From Candidatus Poribacteria bacterium (GTDB lineage Bacteria; Poribacteria; WGA-4E; WGA-3G), in contig OZ244048.1 of assembly GCA_965215265.1 (NCBI GenBank), positions 1,888,001-1,952,000 of the forward strand: DNA of 64,000 nucleotides, read 5' to 3'. Both the position numbers and the translations under genes were made by a program. Shown here piece after piece: positions 52,626 through 63,573 of this stretch. Positions within the stretch are counted from its first letter, which is position 1; the number at the start of each line of letters is the position of its first letter. Under the pieces are notes generated by a model. It searched no databases. It saw only the letters and a list, made by a program, of their open reading frames with translations, and was not told the origin of the DNA.

Positions 52626-53627
52626 ATGAAAAATTATAAGTTTTGGGTGGGCATCGGCTGCCTTCTGACATATTTCTCGATGCCGACGGAAACCTTCGCA
52701 AAATATACGGCGGACTTTTTGACGTTAGGGATAGGCGCGCGCGCTGTGGCGATGGGGGGCTCGGCGACGGCCACTACCGATGATGCTTTTGCAATTTATT
52801 GGAATCCAGCGGCGTTGGGGCAGCAACGGCACCACCAATTGGGTTTGATGCACGCGACACTCAATGGGCTTGCGGCCCACAATTTTATCGGTTACAGCCA
52901 TCCGTTAAAAAAGAGTGGGGCCTTCAGTATCGCCTGGCTCCGTGTCGGAGTTGACGATATCCCTATCACCGCTCTCCCGGTTACCAGCCGTCCAGTCGGA
53001 CCCACAAACCGTCCGAAGGTCATCGGCACCACGAGTCATACACAAAATGCAGCAGTCCTCGCAGGCGGATGGCACCTACTGTCGCTTTCTCAATTCTCCT
53101 TTCGGGTTGGGGGTGCGCTTAAACTGCTCTATGTTGATAGTTATCGAAACACAAACGCGCTCGGGGGCGGTGGAGACTTTGGCCTTCTCATCACGGCTGA
53201 GAAACCTGCTGTTTCCTTGGGTGTCCAAGTTGCTGATGTTTTGAGCACCAAGCTCTATTGGAATACGCCACCGGCAGGGGAAGGGGATGCACCGTACACA
53301 GAGACACTCGCACCGCACGTCAAAATCGGGATTGCCTCAACGCACCGACTCCCGCCGATGAACAGCCGTCTGACGCTTGCTTGTGATGTTTTCACGCAAC
53401 ACTGGCCGGAACTGCATGCAGGTGCAGAGTATATGCTGTTTGATGTGATTGCTTTACGAATCGGAGTAGAGGGACAGAACGGGACCACGCGCTTGATGCG
53501 TTTGACAACTGGTGTTGGTGTACATCTACGTTTTGTGACAGGAGCAGCGGCTGTGTTGGACTATGCCTTTGCGAACCACCCAGAACTCGGTGGCAGCCAT
53601 CGGATGTCTTTTCAAATCGGTTTCTAG
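52626..53627 (+). CDS. PorV/PorQ (FadL-like) outer-membrane barrel
   Basis: FLTLGIGARAVAMGG...AIYWNPAAL; C-terminal LDYAF...LGGSHRMSFQIGF; directly after the PorU-like gene. Confidence 0.85.
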   Translation: MKNYKFWVGIGCLLTYFSMPTETFAKYTADFLTLGIGARAVAMGGSATATTDDAFAIYWNPAALGQQRHHQLGLMHATLNGLAAHNFIGYSHPLKKSGAFSIAWLRVGVDDIPITALPVTSRPVGPTNRPKVIGTTSHTQNAAVLAGGWHLLSLSQFSFRVGGALKLLYVDSYRNTNALGGGGDFGLLITAEKPAVSLGVQVADVLSTKLYWNTPPAGEGDAPYTETLAPHVKIGIASTHRLPPMNSRLTLACDVFTQHWPELHAGAEYMLFDVIALRIGVEGQNGTTRLMRLTTGVGVHLRFVTGAAAVLDYAFANHPELGGSHRMSFQIGF

Positions 53628-53632
53628 ATGGA

Positions 53633-53704
53633 GTGGCAGGATAGGTATTCTTTGTCTGTCCTTTCAGGAGAGATAAGATTACCTTTTACCTGCCACCCAC
53701 TGGG
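53633..53704 (+). repeat. R1 hairpin element after the porV-like stop
   Basis: gtggcaggataggt...tcc tttca gga...accttttacctgccacccactggg. Confidence 0.85.
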
Positions 53705-53806
53705 TTGTTGTCGTTAGCAAGAGACTGCGAACCTAACCTAAGTTCAGAGGACATGGGACATCAAATAGATATAAGGTGCTAAGTAGATATCGCTTGGGGC
53801 CATTCT

Positions 53807-55035
53807 CTAATCTGGAGATGCAAGATAAGCACCGACAGCGATACCCCCATCTGTGGCAAACCAGAGGTTAGTTCGGCTGTCCTCAAATACTGAGTAAACA
53901 AGGTTACTCGGCAGCCCTTCATCTGTACCAAAATTTTGGAATGTCTTACCGTTATAGACGCTTACACCGACTCCGGCCTCACGGGAAATCATGCGAACAT
54001 TATTCCCGTTTTCTTGTAATGTTGGAGGCAGTTTCTGAACACCTATAACCCAGAGGTTTCCCCTACTATCCTGCATGATGTTGTGAACGCTGTTCATCGG
54101 GAGTTCCTCGCTTTGTAAAAAAGTCGTCAACTTTTTGCCGTCGTATCGACGTAATCCGCTCTGATCATCCGTCCCCTGTTCTTGGCTTATCCATAGGTTG
54201 CCATCTGCGTCAAACAATAAGTCTGTGATGTGCCCGGGGGGGGTGTCTCCCATTTCCTGAAAGGGCGCAAAATCGTCACCAACTCCGAAATATTGGGTAC
54301 GGGACATTTCGAGATTATAGTGGATAATGCCGGCGGTGCTCCCAAACCAAAAGTTTTCTGCTGTATCCTGCGCGATTGTCGTGATTTCATTCCACCACTC
54401 CGGCAATACCTTCATTCCTATGGGGCCCTCTTCTATAAGGATATTGTTGAATTTTTCGCCTTTGTGCTGGCTGACACCGTACCCTGTTGCAAACCAAAGC
54501 GTGCCTGATTTGTCCTCAAATATATCTTTGACGGTATCGTATGAGAGCCCGTCAGCGGTCGTAAAAATCCTGAACTTATCCCTTTCATACCGGCTGACAC
54601 CTTTTGGCGAACAAATTGTATTACGCCTTCCCGCGTTTGGTTTTCGAGCATGTTAGCCAGCTCACTCAATGGCATTGCCACCAATGACATATCTACAATG
54701 CTTTCCTTTTCTAAAATATTCGCAAGCTCTCCAGAGGCGAACCAGATCCGTCCGCAACTGTCTTCAAAGAGGATGCCCACAATATTCTCTGCGAATCCGT
54801 CTTGCTTCGTAAAGGTTCGCCACTCCTCGCCATCATAGCGAGAGACCTCCTCGGTTGTCCCAAACCACATATTGCCGTGGCTGTCTTCAAGAATAGCAAG
54901 AACCGTATCAGAAGCCAAACCATCTGCTTTTGTGAAGGTGTTTTCGATACGCAGTTCCCCAGCATAGGAACCACGGAGCAACACCATTGAAAAAACACAA
55001 ATCAGAACACCTATTGCACACAATAGCGTTCGCAT
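53807..55035 (-). pseudogene. Two-component regulator propeller (Reg_prop) repeat protein, single frameshift near 54605
   Basis: DGL.S..V..I.ED..G.LWF repeats on both sides; the frame after the shift (KGVSRY...DGLSYDTVKDIFED) runs into ORF 53807-54415. Confidence 0.8.
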
Positions 55036-55086
55036 CTTTACGTCTCCTTCTATAACGATCACCCAAAAATCTATAGTGAATGACTT

Positions 55087-55102
55087 TGCAATTTATGTAC
55101 CA
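55087..55102 (-). promoter_or_regulatory. Sigma54 (-24/-12) promoter
   Basis: Minus strand TGGTAC-ataaa-TTGCA, ~50 bp upstream of the ATG at 55035. Confidence 0.65.
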
Positions 55103-55383
55103 CATCCAACGGGTAAGATTCGATTCATTGGCATCACAGACAATACAGAACATATCCCACATCTAAAACTGCACGCTTTGGTGCAAAAATGAAAATAACT
55201 GCCCGAGTCGGTGCAAATGCTGACGCGTCGCACCAATCAAATCACATAATATGATACCATGATAACTTTCCTACTCTTTTTCGAGATTTAAAATAAGCGT
55301 TCCACTACGCGGCATCGCACGGAGATTCCCTTCTGATACGCCGGCATCTAAAAAGAATTCCAATACTCCATTGGCATCCGCTT

Positions 55384-55803
55384 TTATCCAGAGACTCCTT
55401 TTTGTCCATGTGAGTCTGATGTATTCGCTCGCGGCAATCTTCCCTGCCCTCGATAATATGTGTAGACGGACGGGATCGCTAGATAGGTTACATAGGATAG
55501 TTGTTGCGGGTTAGAAACATCAATGACGTGCAAGTGTCGTTCGGTGGTAACATAGGCGTGCTTTCCTGAAAGGACAACGTTGTTTTTTGAAGTGCTGCGA
55601 AAAGGGAGAGGTAGTGCCCCTGTGAGTATCAGGATTTTGACATCTCTGGTCTTTAAAATAAGGAACTGACTGGTTTTTGGTTTCTCGGGTGTCAAGTCCT
55701 CTTGATTCTGATTAAGAACACTCGAGCTGCACCCCAGATTAACAAGGGCGAGCAATGCCGTTATGCTAAAAGTAAACATTGATTTGGCAAAAACTTTCTT
55801 CAT
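55384..55803 (-). pseudogene. LVIVD-repeat lipoprotein, apparently truncated
   Basis: NLGC lipobox; a single SGKHAYV...LHVIDVSNP repeat, then unrelated-looking sequence. Confidence 0.6.
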
Positions 55804-55907
55804 CGTTTTTTCTCCTCTTCAGTTTCGACTGCCGACTGTTCGGAAAAAGTCCTGACGGTTTTCCTGTGTATGGCATCTCAGAAAATCCAATTGATGCTAA
55901 AGATAGT

Positions 55908-55923
55908 TGCAATTTATATGCCA
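55908..55923 (-). promoter_or_regulatory. Sigma54 (-24/-12) promoter
   Basis: Minus strand TGGCAT-ataaa-TTGCA upstream of 55803. Confidence 0.65.
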
Positions 55924-56268
55924 ATGTTTTGTCTTCAAAACCGATAAAGCGAGTTTCGTATAAACGTTCTTGTATCCATCTCGCTAGAGAGATGTTGTGT
56001 CACCGGAGTGGATGTTGAAAGGTTAAATAGGGGGCTGTCGCGGGGTTTCAGTCAAGAATGTTTCTTTTTCTACTGGTTTTCAAGAGATTGGATTTTTAGG
56101 CAACAATTGGGGTAGTTGCCCAGAAAGGGGCAATTTATACTTTTTGGCACCAAAAGAGGCAGTTTTAAGCAATGCTTGCCGGCCGCATGGTGCTACATAA
56201 GATTGCAAAAACGGTCAAAAAAAGTATAACACTTTACGCGTTAAACGAGCAGTGACCGAAAATCGAAT

Positions 56269-56466
56269 TTATGTGCGTTTCTCAATGAGTCGTCCGATGA
56301 AAAAGACTAAGATACCTAATGCTAAGAAGCCCATCTCAACGCCCATGGCTTTTGATTGGCTATATCCGAACGGATTGGCACATCCTAAGTAGAGCGCCGC
56401 GCCTAAGCAGGCAATGCCCATCAGTTCCAACGTTTTCCCAATATAGTACACATATCCTCCAATCAT
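56269..56466 (-). CDS. Small two-TM membrane protein
   Basis: 65 aa, two hydrophobic helices. Confidence 0.65.
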   Translation of the reverse strand: MIGGYVYYIGKTLELMGIACLGAALYLGCANPFGYSQSKAMGVEMGFLALGILVFFIGRLIEKRT

Positions 56467-56470
56467 GAGG

Positions 56471-56500
56471 GTAGGAGCGGCAAGGAATGTCCACTCCTAC
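56471..56500. repeat. GTAG-type REP-like palindrome
   Basis: gtaggag...ctcctac in a short intergenic gap. Confidence 0.45.
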
Positions 56501-56504
56501 ATGT

Positions 56505-57218
56505 TTAGTAGAGACTTTTAATTCTGCCCCACTGTATCAATTTTTGCTGCCGAGTGGGTTCAATCCTGGCGGTGAAGACAAGATCGGGGAGCCGATCGTT
56601 CTCTTCTATGTAACCTTCTGGTGCCCAGGCGATTTTATTTTGGAGTCTACCATCATCCACATCATTATAAACAATGCCAAATCCGATGGTATTTCCTTTT
56701 TCGGCAACGGCATCAAGTCTGAAACTGAGTTCGCACGTTTTTCCATCGTTTCCCCATGCGATTCGGGTTAGCGGGAATTTCAGTTGTTTGACTTCTCTTT
56801 GAATCGGAATTTCGTATCGATAGAATTCATCCTTGTATCCGGTGTGGTGTGGGTCCAAGTAGAGGATGAGATGGTCTTCACGCGTGAGTTTGGATTGATG
56901 CGTCTCAAGGCCGTCATCTGTTAAATTGACAGCGACATAAAGATAACCACTTCTCCAGACGGCTGCAAAGGCACCTGTGAAATCGTGCGATTCGGCTGCC
57001 CAGGTTTTTCCAGTCATCGTCTCTTGTTGAAGTTTACCGGCGAGGATGTCCTCCCAGGCCGGGTCATCTAGGTATCCGTCGACGATGGGTGCGACAGATA
57101 CAAGTTCGGCATTATATTGGAAATTTTGAAGTTTGTTACCTGTGAGATGTGCTAAGGCATAGGAAATCGTCACGAAGAAAAAGGCTGCTATCAAAAGCAT
57201 CTGTTTTCTAATTCTCAT
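56505..57218 (-). CDS. Secreted CBM9/DOMON-like sugar-binding protein with C-terminal 'KL..WG.IK' motif
   Basis: Signal peptide; APIVDGYLDDPAW, W...YLYVAV..TDD, IGFGIVYNDVD; ends IEPTRQQKLIQWGRIKSLY. Confidence 0.75.
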   Translation of the reverse strand: MRIRKQMLLIAAFFFVTISYALAHLTGNKLQNFQYNAELVSVAPIVDGYLDDPAWEDILAGKLQQETMTGKTWAAESHDFTGAFAAVWRSGYLYVAVNLTDDGLETHQSKLTREDHLILYLDPHHTGYKDEFYRYEIPIQREVKQLKFPLTRIAWGNDGKTCELSFRLDAVAEKGNTIGFGIVYNDVDDGRLQNKIAWAPEGYIEENDRLPDLVFTARIEPTRQQKLIQWGRIKSLY

Positions 57219-57781
57219 AAATATCTCCTTTTGGTTTTTCTTACCGGCGTTTACTTGTTTATAAATTATAGCACAACGTTAAATCATTTTTCCAGAAAAA
57301 AAGGTAGGAAACGTGAGTTCAGTTTAAAAATTTAGAAAGCGTCCCCCGGCAAATCTTGGATTTGCTGAGAGGGACGTAGATTCAGAGAAGGTTTCTTCTC
57401 TTGATACAGAGGAGAGGTACCATGTGACTAGTGAGATTTCTCACCTTGCGTACCGAGCTTGCTCTTATCCATAAGTTTTCGTTTAGGCATTGTGGGCTTT
57501 CGCTATTACAAGTCCCAAGACCTCAAACCGAGATGATACGGAGACTGTTAGGATTCTCGCCGGATTGTGCGCAGCAGAAACTCCTCAATCTGCTTATCAG
57601 TACTGACTATTATCCATAAATTTTCGCTTCCTACGAAGGCTTAGGTATCGCGGACGAAGAGTGTCCTAAGGTGCTTCAAGTTGTTTTAGACTTGTACAAC
57701 TTGTAGGAAACAGGCAGAATGAGCGTGGGACTTTCAAAATCCGCAGACTGTTGTTATTTTAAGATTTTTTTGGAAATTGAG

Positions 57782-57810
57782 TTGAAATTTGTCAAAAATT
57801 TTGTTATACT
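57782..57810 (+). promoter_or_regulatory. Sigma70-type promoter for ftsH
   Basis: TTGAAA-17bp-TATACT with TG extension. Confidence 0.6.
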
Positions 57811-57907
57811 TTAAAACAGGTTTTAAAAATCGCACTGAGGGCGCAGCTTGCAAGCCCATATTGCAAATTTGTTCTAAAGCTCAATTTTAAGAGAGAGGCT
57901 TTTAGTT

Positions 57908-59824
57908 GTGAATAAGAATACAAGAAACATGTTATTGTGGTGGGTATTTCTGGCATGTCTCGTTATCTTTGCCATTTTCCAGTTAATCAATCGTAAAGAT
58001 AAGGTTTACCCACTGACGACCTCTGATTTTCATAAATATATACGCAGTCCGTCCCCATTTGAAGGAAATCTAATTCTGGATGAAGAGTGGATTGAAGGAA
58101 AGTTTAACGAATCCGTGATACCGGAAGTTGAACACTATTTGAATCAACGCGCGTTGGAGAAGGATGGCGCGTATACTTCGAAAGTTCCGGAGAAATGGAA
58201 CGGTGAATTTAAAACGAGTCGTGATAGTGAGAATTTCGGGCTTCAAGAGAAACTGAATGAAAAGGATATTGATTATAATGTAAAGGGGTCTTCTAACTTC
58301 ACGCAGTGGTTGTTTGTGTTCGGCACTACGGTTGTCCCGTTGCTTATCTTCTTAGGGTTGATGATTTTCTTGTCCCGTCAAATGCAAGGTAGTGGAAACC
58401 GTGCACTCTCGTTTGGGAAGAGCCGTGCTCGTCTCCACTCGGACAGTCAATCTAAAGTGACATTTGATGATGTAGCGGGCGTTGATGAAGCCAAAGATGC
58501 ATTAGAAGAGGTTATCCAATTTCTTAAGGCACCAAAGAAGTTTGAGCGTCTGGGTGGTAGGATTCCAAAAGGTGTGCTGCTAATGGGCCCCCCGGGGACT
58601 GGGAAAACGATGCTTGCGAAAGCAGTGGCGGGGGAAGCGGACGTTCCGTTCTTTAGCATAAGTGGCTCTGACTTTGTAGAGATGTTTGTCGGGGTCGGTG
58701 CCTCACGTGTACGTGACCTTTTTGAAACAGGGAAGAAAAACGCTCCTTGTATTATTTTTATAGATGAGTTAGATGCAGTTGGACGGCATCGCGGGGCTGG
58801 CATCGGTGGGGGCCATGATGAACGCGAGCAAACATTAAATCAGCTCCTTGTTGAGATGCAAGGTTTTGATGCTTCTGAAGGCGTGATTCTCATTGCGGCG
58901 ACCAACCGGCCTGATGTGTTAGACCCGGCACTGCTGCGTCCAGGGCGGTTTGACCGGCAAATTGTGGTAGATCTTCCGGATGTCCGTGGCAGGGAGGCGA
59001 TTCTCAAGGTGCATACAAAGGAGCCGTACAAGGTTTCAGAGGATGTGAATCTTGAGATTTTGGCGAAGGCAACGCCGGGCTTTTCTGGCGCAGATCTTGA
59101 GAATGTCACAAATGAGGCGGCACTCCTCGCGGCAAGACGCGATAAAGAGTGGATTGATATGGAGTGCTTTGATGAGGCGAAGGATCGTGTCCTGATGGGA
59201 CCTGAACGTCGAAGTCTTGTTATTAGTGAAGCGGAGCGCGAGATTACTGCTTATCATGAAGCAGGGCACGCGCTGATGCTACACTTCGTCCCTGAAAGTG
59301 ATCCGAATTATAAGTGTACGATTGTACCACGGGGCAGAGCGCTCGGCGTGACCGCAAAATTACCACTTGAGGAGCGGCATAATATGAGCCGAAAAGGGCT
59401 TCTCGCACACATTATCTTCGCGCTTGGCGGCCGGGTTGCGGAAGAAATCATCTTTGGCGAGCAGACAACAGGTGCGCAAAACGATTTTGAGCAAGCAACC
59501 AGCATCGCCCGCAGAATGGTTACGCAGTGGGGCATGAGCCGCCTCGGACCACTCACTTTTGGTAGAAGGGACGAGCAGGTCTTCCTTGGAAAAGAACTCG
59601 CTGTTCATAAGGATTATAGTGAGAAAACGGCGATTGAGATCGATCAGGCCGTGCAGGAAATCGTGATGGAGTGTTACCACAAAGCAAAGTCTATTTTGGA
59701 AACTAATATTGATGGATTAAAGCTGCTGGCGGATGCATTGTTGGAGCGCGAAACGCTTGTCACTGAAGAAATTGATGAAATCCTCGGACCTCGCCCCGAG
59801 CTGCCTGAGAAGACTGTCGCATGA
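57908..59824 (+). CDS. ftsH: ATP-dependent zinc metalloprotease FtsH
   Basis: Two TMs; GPPGTGKT; IFIDELD; [13 protein letters not shown]; HEAGH. Confidence 0.98.
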   Translation: MNKNTRNMLLWWVFLACLVIFAIFQLINRKDKVYPLTTSDFHKYIRSPSPFEGNLILDEEWIEGKFNESVIPEVEHYLNQRALEKDGAYTSKVPEKWNGEFKTSRDSENFGLQEKLNEKDIDYNVKGSSNFTQWLFVFGTTVVPLLIFLGLMIFLSRQMQGSGNRALSFGKSRARLHSDSQSKVTFDDVAGVDEAKDALEEVIQFLKAPKKFERLGGRIPKGVLLMGPPGTGKTMLAKAVAGEADVPFFSISGSDFVEMFVGVGASRVRDLFETGKKNAPCIIFIDELDAVGRHRGAGIGGGHDEREQTLNQLLVEMQGFDASEGVILIAATNRPDVLDPALLRPGRFDRQIVVDLPDVRGREAILKVHTKEPYKVSEDVNLEILAKATPGFSGADLENVTNEAALLAARRDKEWIDMECFDEAKDRVLMGPERRSLVISEAEREITAYHEAGHALMLHFVPESDPNYKCTIVPRGRALGVTAKLPLEERHNMSRKGLLAHIIFALGGRVAEEIIFGEQTTGAQNDFEQATSIARRMVTQWGMSRLGPLTFGRRDEQVFLGKELAVHKDYSEKTAIEIDQAVQEIVMECYHKAKSILETNIDGLKLLADALLERETLVTEEIDEILGPRPELPEKTVA

Positions 59825-60648
59825 ACTGCCGTGGAAAAGTCCTCAATTTCGGAGAACGCACTTATGTGATGGGGATTTTGAACGTTACTCCAGACTCTTT
59901 CTCTGATGGAGGACGATTCTTGGATGTAGAAAAGGCTGTTGTACAGGCGAAATTAATGGTAGAGGCAGGGGCGATGCTCATTGATATCGGCGGGGAGTCC
60001 TCGCGTCCGGGGGCTTTGCCTGTCTCTGTCGATCAAGAATTGGCACGGGTTTTACCTGTTATTCGCTGTCTTGCGAGTGAATTGGATGTGATTCTCTCAA
60101 TTGATACATATAAAGCTGCTGTCGCGCAACGTGGATTGGAAGCAGGCGCGCACCTTGTCAACGACATTACTGCACTTCAGGGGGATGAAGATATGGCAGC
60201 GGTTGTCTCCGAGATGGAAGCCGGGCTAATTTTGATGCACATGAAAGGGACACCGCGCACGATGCAACAGAATCCGTACTATGTGGATGTCGTGGATGAG
60301 ATTTGCGGGTGGCTCCAAAAACGAATTAAGATGGCAGTCATGCAGGGGATTCCCCTGGAGCGAATCGCTATTGACCCGGGCATCGGGTTTGGTAAAACCA
60401 CGGGACATAACATGGAAATTCTAAGACGGCTTGATGAGTTCCAGACCCTCAATAGGCCGTTGCTCATCGGGACTTCCCGTAAGTCCTTTATCGGTAACGT
60501 ATTAGGGCTTCCTGTAACAGAACGGATTGAGGGTACGGCTGCGACGGTCTGCTGGGCGATTTCGCAGGGGGCGGATATTGTTCGTGTTCATGATGTTAAA
60601 CCTATTGTCCGCATGGCACGAATGATAGACGCGCTCTATAGGCGATGA
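59821..60648 (+). CDS. folP: Dihydropteroate synthase
   Basis: MGILNVTPDSFSDGG, DPGIGFGK, SRKSF and RVHDV motifs. Confidence 0.97.
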   Translation: MNCRGKVLNFGERTYVMGILNVTPDSFSDGGRFLDVEKAVVQAKLMVEAGAMLIDIGGESSRPGALPVSVDQELARVLPVIRCLASELDVILSIDTYKAAVAQRGLEAGAHLVNDITALQGDEDMAAVVSEMEAGLILMHMKGTPRTMQQNPYYVDVVDEICGWLQKRIKMAVMQGIPLERIAIDPGIGFGKTTGHNMEILRRLDEFQTLNRPLLIGTSRKSFIGNVLGLPVTERIEGTAATVCWAISQGADIVRVHDVKPIVRMARMIDALYRR

Positions 60649-60745
60649 AGCAGGTTCTCGAAGATCCGGTAAGAACCGCCGGATAAAGCAAATCTCTAAA
60701 TCAACGAAGGGGTTTCTGAATAGTGCTACCCTATCTTGAACAGTA

Positions 60746-61138
60746 ATGCACCAGAAAAAAATTCACGGCATTGGTATAGACATTGTTGAGGTTGAACGCA
60801 TTCGGGATGTATCCCGACGATGGGGGGACAAATTTGAGCAGCGGGTTTATACAGCGGAGGAACTCGCCTATTGCGGGGGGGCTCCATCGCGATACTCGAG
60901 GCTCGCTGCACGTTTTGCAGCCAAAGAGGCGGCACTAAAGGCACTTGGTACAGGGTTAACCACCGGTATGTATTGGAAAGATGTTGAAATTCAGGCGAAC
61001 GTTGTTGGAAAACCGCTGCTCGTCATGCACGGCGAGGTGCGGCGATATGCACAGGAGCTCCGGATTGGTACAGCGTTCGTCACTATGTCTCATACGAATG
61101 TTTATGCTGTAGCCCAAGTGATGCTAATCTCCCGGTAG
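60746..61138 (+). CDS. acpS: Holo-ACP synthase
   Basis: GIGIDIVE, ARFAAKEA..KALGTG and SH motifs. Confidence 0.95.
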   Translation: MHQKKIHGIGIDIVEVERIRDVSRRWGDKFEQRVYTAEELAYCGGAPSRYSRLAARFAAKEAALKALGTGLTTGMYWKDVEIQANVVGKPLLVMHGEVRRYAQELRIGTAFVTMSHTNVYAVAQVMLISR

Positions 61139-61223
61139 CTGCATTTGAAACCCACGGCTATTGGGTTACCGGATTATTTTTCGTTTTATAGTGGATTTTA
61201 CAATTATTTATATATTGTGACCT

Positions 61224-61246
61224 GCGAGGTTGCCAACCTCGCCTAC
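61224..61246 (-). repeat. GTAG-type REP-like hairpin
   Basis: Minus strand GTAG-GCGAGGTT-ggc-AACCTCGC; possible degenerate copy at 57431-57456. Confidence 0.55.
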
Positions 61247-61365
61247 CGAGGCAAGGAGTGTTTCCGAGCGTGCGTGCCTAAATATCTACTTATTTTCATA
61301 AGCCACTATAGTAATCTGATACCTACCGTACGGTTCCAAAAATATACAATGGAAATAAGGAAAGA

Positions 61366-62490
61366 ATGAAATATATACAAAATTGGGTTGCAACCCGATG
61401 CTTTTATCTCTTATGCTTTTTGGCGTGTTGGAGTGCAGCTGCTTTCGCTGAGGGGGTAAGTGCAACGGCTGAGGCGGATAGGTTTCTCAGCCAGTTGCTC
61501 AGTGCTGAACATCGTGGCATGGGCGGCAGCTTCGTTGGAGGTGCCCAGGGAGCTACAGCTCTTGGCAGCAATCCAGCGGGGATAAATGCTGTAGCGGGGA
61601 ACCGGCTTGTCATCTACACGTCCCGTTTTCCACGGACAATCGCTGTCCTTTCCAGACCGAATTTTGATTCGATTTACGAAGACTACAGTAGATATGAGCA
61701 ACGTGCGTCGGGTATTGAAACATTAAATTGGGTGTTGCCGTTGGGGCGTTTTGGGACGTGGGGGCTCGGTTTTGCCTTTGCCCACGAAGGTCCGTTCCGC
61801 CGCGTCGATCATAATGGGAAAGCACTCAACAGTTTCCCTGAGAATAATCTTGCTCTCGGTATGAGTTACGGTGTAAAATTATTCGGCGGTTTAAATATTG
61901 GCATTGATACGAAATGGTTACGTTCTAAAGTCTCCGATGCCACTGGGATGGCACACCTCGGGCATGGTTACGCTTATAATATTGGATGTACCCAGGAGTT
62001 GGGACGTGGATTTCAGGTTGGCATCGTTTTGCGGAATTTGAGCAACGGTTTGTCGTTTTCTGATGCTTCGATCCCGCGTCGGATGCAGCGCGATATCGTT
62101 GCGGGTATTGCACACCGTCGGGAGGTTAGCGATTCGACAACAGTCCGCATTGGCTTGGATGTGAATCCGCCGTTTAACGATGGCCTGCGAACCAATTTGG
62201 GGGCAGAGTTTTGGTACCGGGAGCGGATCGGTTGCAGAATCGGATATCTCAGAGACATTGAAAACCGTTATGCATCGGTGTATCTGCAGGCTAGTGATGC
62301 CCTTGAATCGGAAGAACGACTCTGGAAATCGGAAGGGATGTGCTATGGTGTAGGTGTCCGGTTTGGGGACGTGATGTTGAATGCTGCTTATATGCCGGTA
62401 TTCAAACCGGTAGCAGCGACGGATGAGCGTATCTCTTTGATTCAAGGTGATGCTGTCTATACATTTTCAATCGGTTTTTTTGTATCTTGA
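61366..62490 (+). CDS. Second PorV/FadL-like outer-membrane barrel (divergent)
   Basis: Signal peptide; FL...SAEHRGMGG...SNPAG plug motif; amphipathic strands; LGAEFWY. Confidence 0.7.
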   Translation: MKYIQNWVATRCFYLLCFLACWSAAAFAEGVSATAEADRFLSQLLSAEHRGMGGSFVGGAQGATALGSNPAGINAVAGNRLVIYTSRFPRTIAVLSRPNFDSIYEDYSRYEQRASGIETLNWVLPLGRFGTWGLGFAFAHEGPFRRVDHNGKALNSFPENNLALGMSYGVKLFGGLNIGIDTKWLRSKVSDATGMAHLGHGYAYNIGCTQELGRGFQVGIVLRNLSNGLSFSDASIPRRMQRDIVAGIAHRREVSDSTTVRIGLDVNPPFNDGLRTNLGAEFWYRERIGCRIGYLRDIENRYASVYLQASDALESEERLWKSEGMCYGVGVRFGDVMLNAAYMPVFKPVAATDERISLIQGDAVYTFSIGFFVS

Positions 62491-63086
62491 GCATGTGTGA
62501 TGAATATAGAACGGTGTCAGGCATCGCCTACGCCAAACATGTAGTCAAAAAGTCTCGGTTCATAGCTGAAGCGACAGCCGTGGAGAGCCAAGAGGCGGTA
62601 AAGGCGTTTCTTGACGAAGTGCGCGAGCGGCTCCCTCGTGCTTCTCACTATTGCTATGCTTACAGCATCGGCGGTGGTGAGTCGAAGCGTGACTATGCAA
62701 CGGATGCAGGAGAGCCTCGCCATTCTGCCGGTCCACCCATTCTATCGGCGATTCGGGCCCATAGGCTCTCTAATACACTCTGTGTTGTTGCCCGATATTA
62801 TGGTGGAATCAATTTGGGTATGGGTGGCTTAATTCGAGCTTATGGACAGTGTGCACGGGCGTGTTTCCAAAATGCGACGCTTGAAAACAGGATTTTTTAT
62901 CAAAACTTACTCTTAAAAGTGCCTTATTCACGGATCGGCACGGTCGTCACGCTATGCAAGCGCGGTGGCGGTGAGATTGTAGATATTGAATATACCCCGC
63001 AGCCTGTCATCTCTCTTCGGATGAGGCAGAGTGCAGTGGAGGCGTTCCAAGTACACCTCCAAAGTATTGGAATGCTAACACTGTAG
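62487..63086 (+). CDS. yigZ: YigZ/IMPACT family protein
   Basis: KKSRFIA, ASHYCYAY, DAGEP..SAG and VARYYGGI.LG.GGLIRAY motifs. Confidence 0.92.
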   Translation: MSMCDEYRTVSGIAYAKHVVKKSRFIAEATAVESQEAVKAFLDEVRERLPRASHYCYAYSIGGGESKRDYATDAGEPRHSAGPPILSAIRAHRLSNTLCVVARYYGGINLGMGGLIRAYGQCARACFQNATLENRIFYQNLLLKVPYSRIGTVVTLCKRGGGEIVDIEYTPQPVISLRMRQSAVEAFQVHLQSIGMLTL

Positions 63087-63147
63087 TGGAGAGGTATTTG
63101 CTAGTGGACACCAAAAAACTTGTTGGAGGAAATGGGCGTTGAGCAAT

Positions 63148-63573
63148 ATGAAGTACACGGTGACTCATGAATGGATCCAAACTTCGGGGGAAGATGAGGG
63201 CACTGTTGGTATCACTGAACGCGTACGAGACGGATATAGCAATATTATTTTTGTGGAATTGCCGTCTCTGCGGGAATTTGAGCAGGGCGAAATTCTTGGA
63301 CGGGTTGAAACGGCTGATGGGCGCAATTTTTTTATCCATGCTCCAGTCAGCGGCGAAGTTTATGAAATTAACACAGCACTCGAAGATGATATTGAACTCC
63401 TCAACCATTTTCCGGAGGGCGATGGCTGGGTTTGCAAATTCCACATTGAAAATTCAAGTGAGTTTGATTCGCTACTCACCCTCACTGAGTACTACAACTA
63501 CGAAGAGGAAGAGCCTTGTGAAGAAGACTACATGCCTGAAATTGACTTTTATGAAGATGTAGATGACTACTAA
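63148..63573 (+). CDS. Glycine cleavage H-like protein lacking the lipoyl-lysine, with acidic tail
   Basis: YTVTHEWI, VGIT, FVELP, VETAD (vs VESVK), APVSGEV, GDGW. Confidence 0.8.
   Translation: MKYTVTHEWIQTSGEDEGTVGITERVRDGYSNIIFVELPSLREFEQGEILGRVETADGRNFFIHAPVSGEVYEINTALEDDIELLNHFPEGDGWVCKFHIENSSEFDSLLTLTEYYNYEEEEPCEEDYMPEIDFYEDVDDY

Noticed and set aside
57240-57780. Long intergenic region upstream of ftsH as ncRNA/riboswitch or tilS/hpt remnant
   Set aside because: Only one hairpin (~57340-57376) and a degenerate REP-like motif are visible; I recognise no RNA family or protein similarity.
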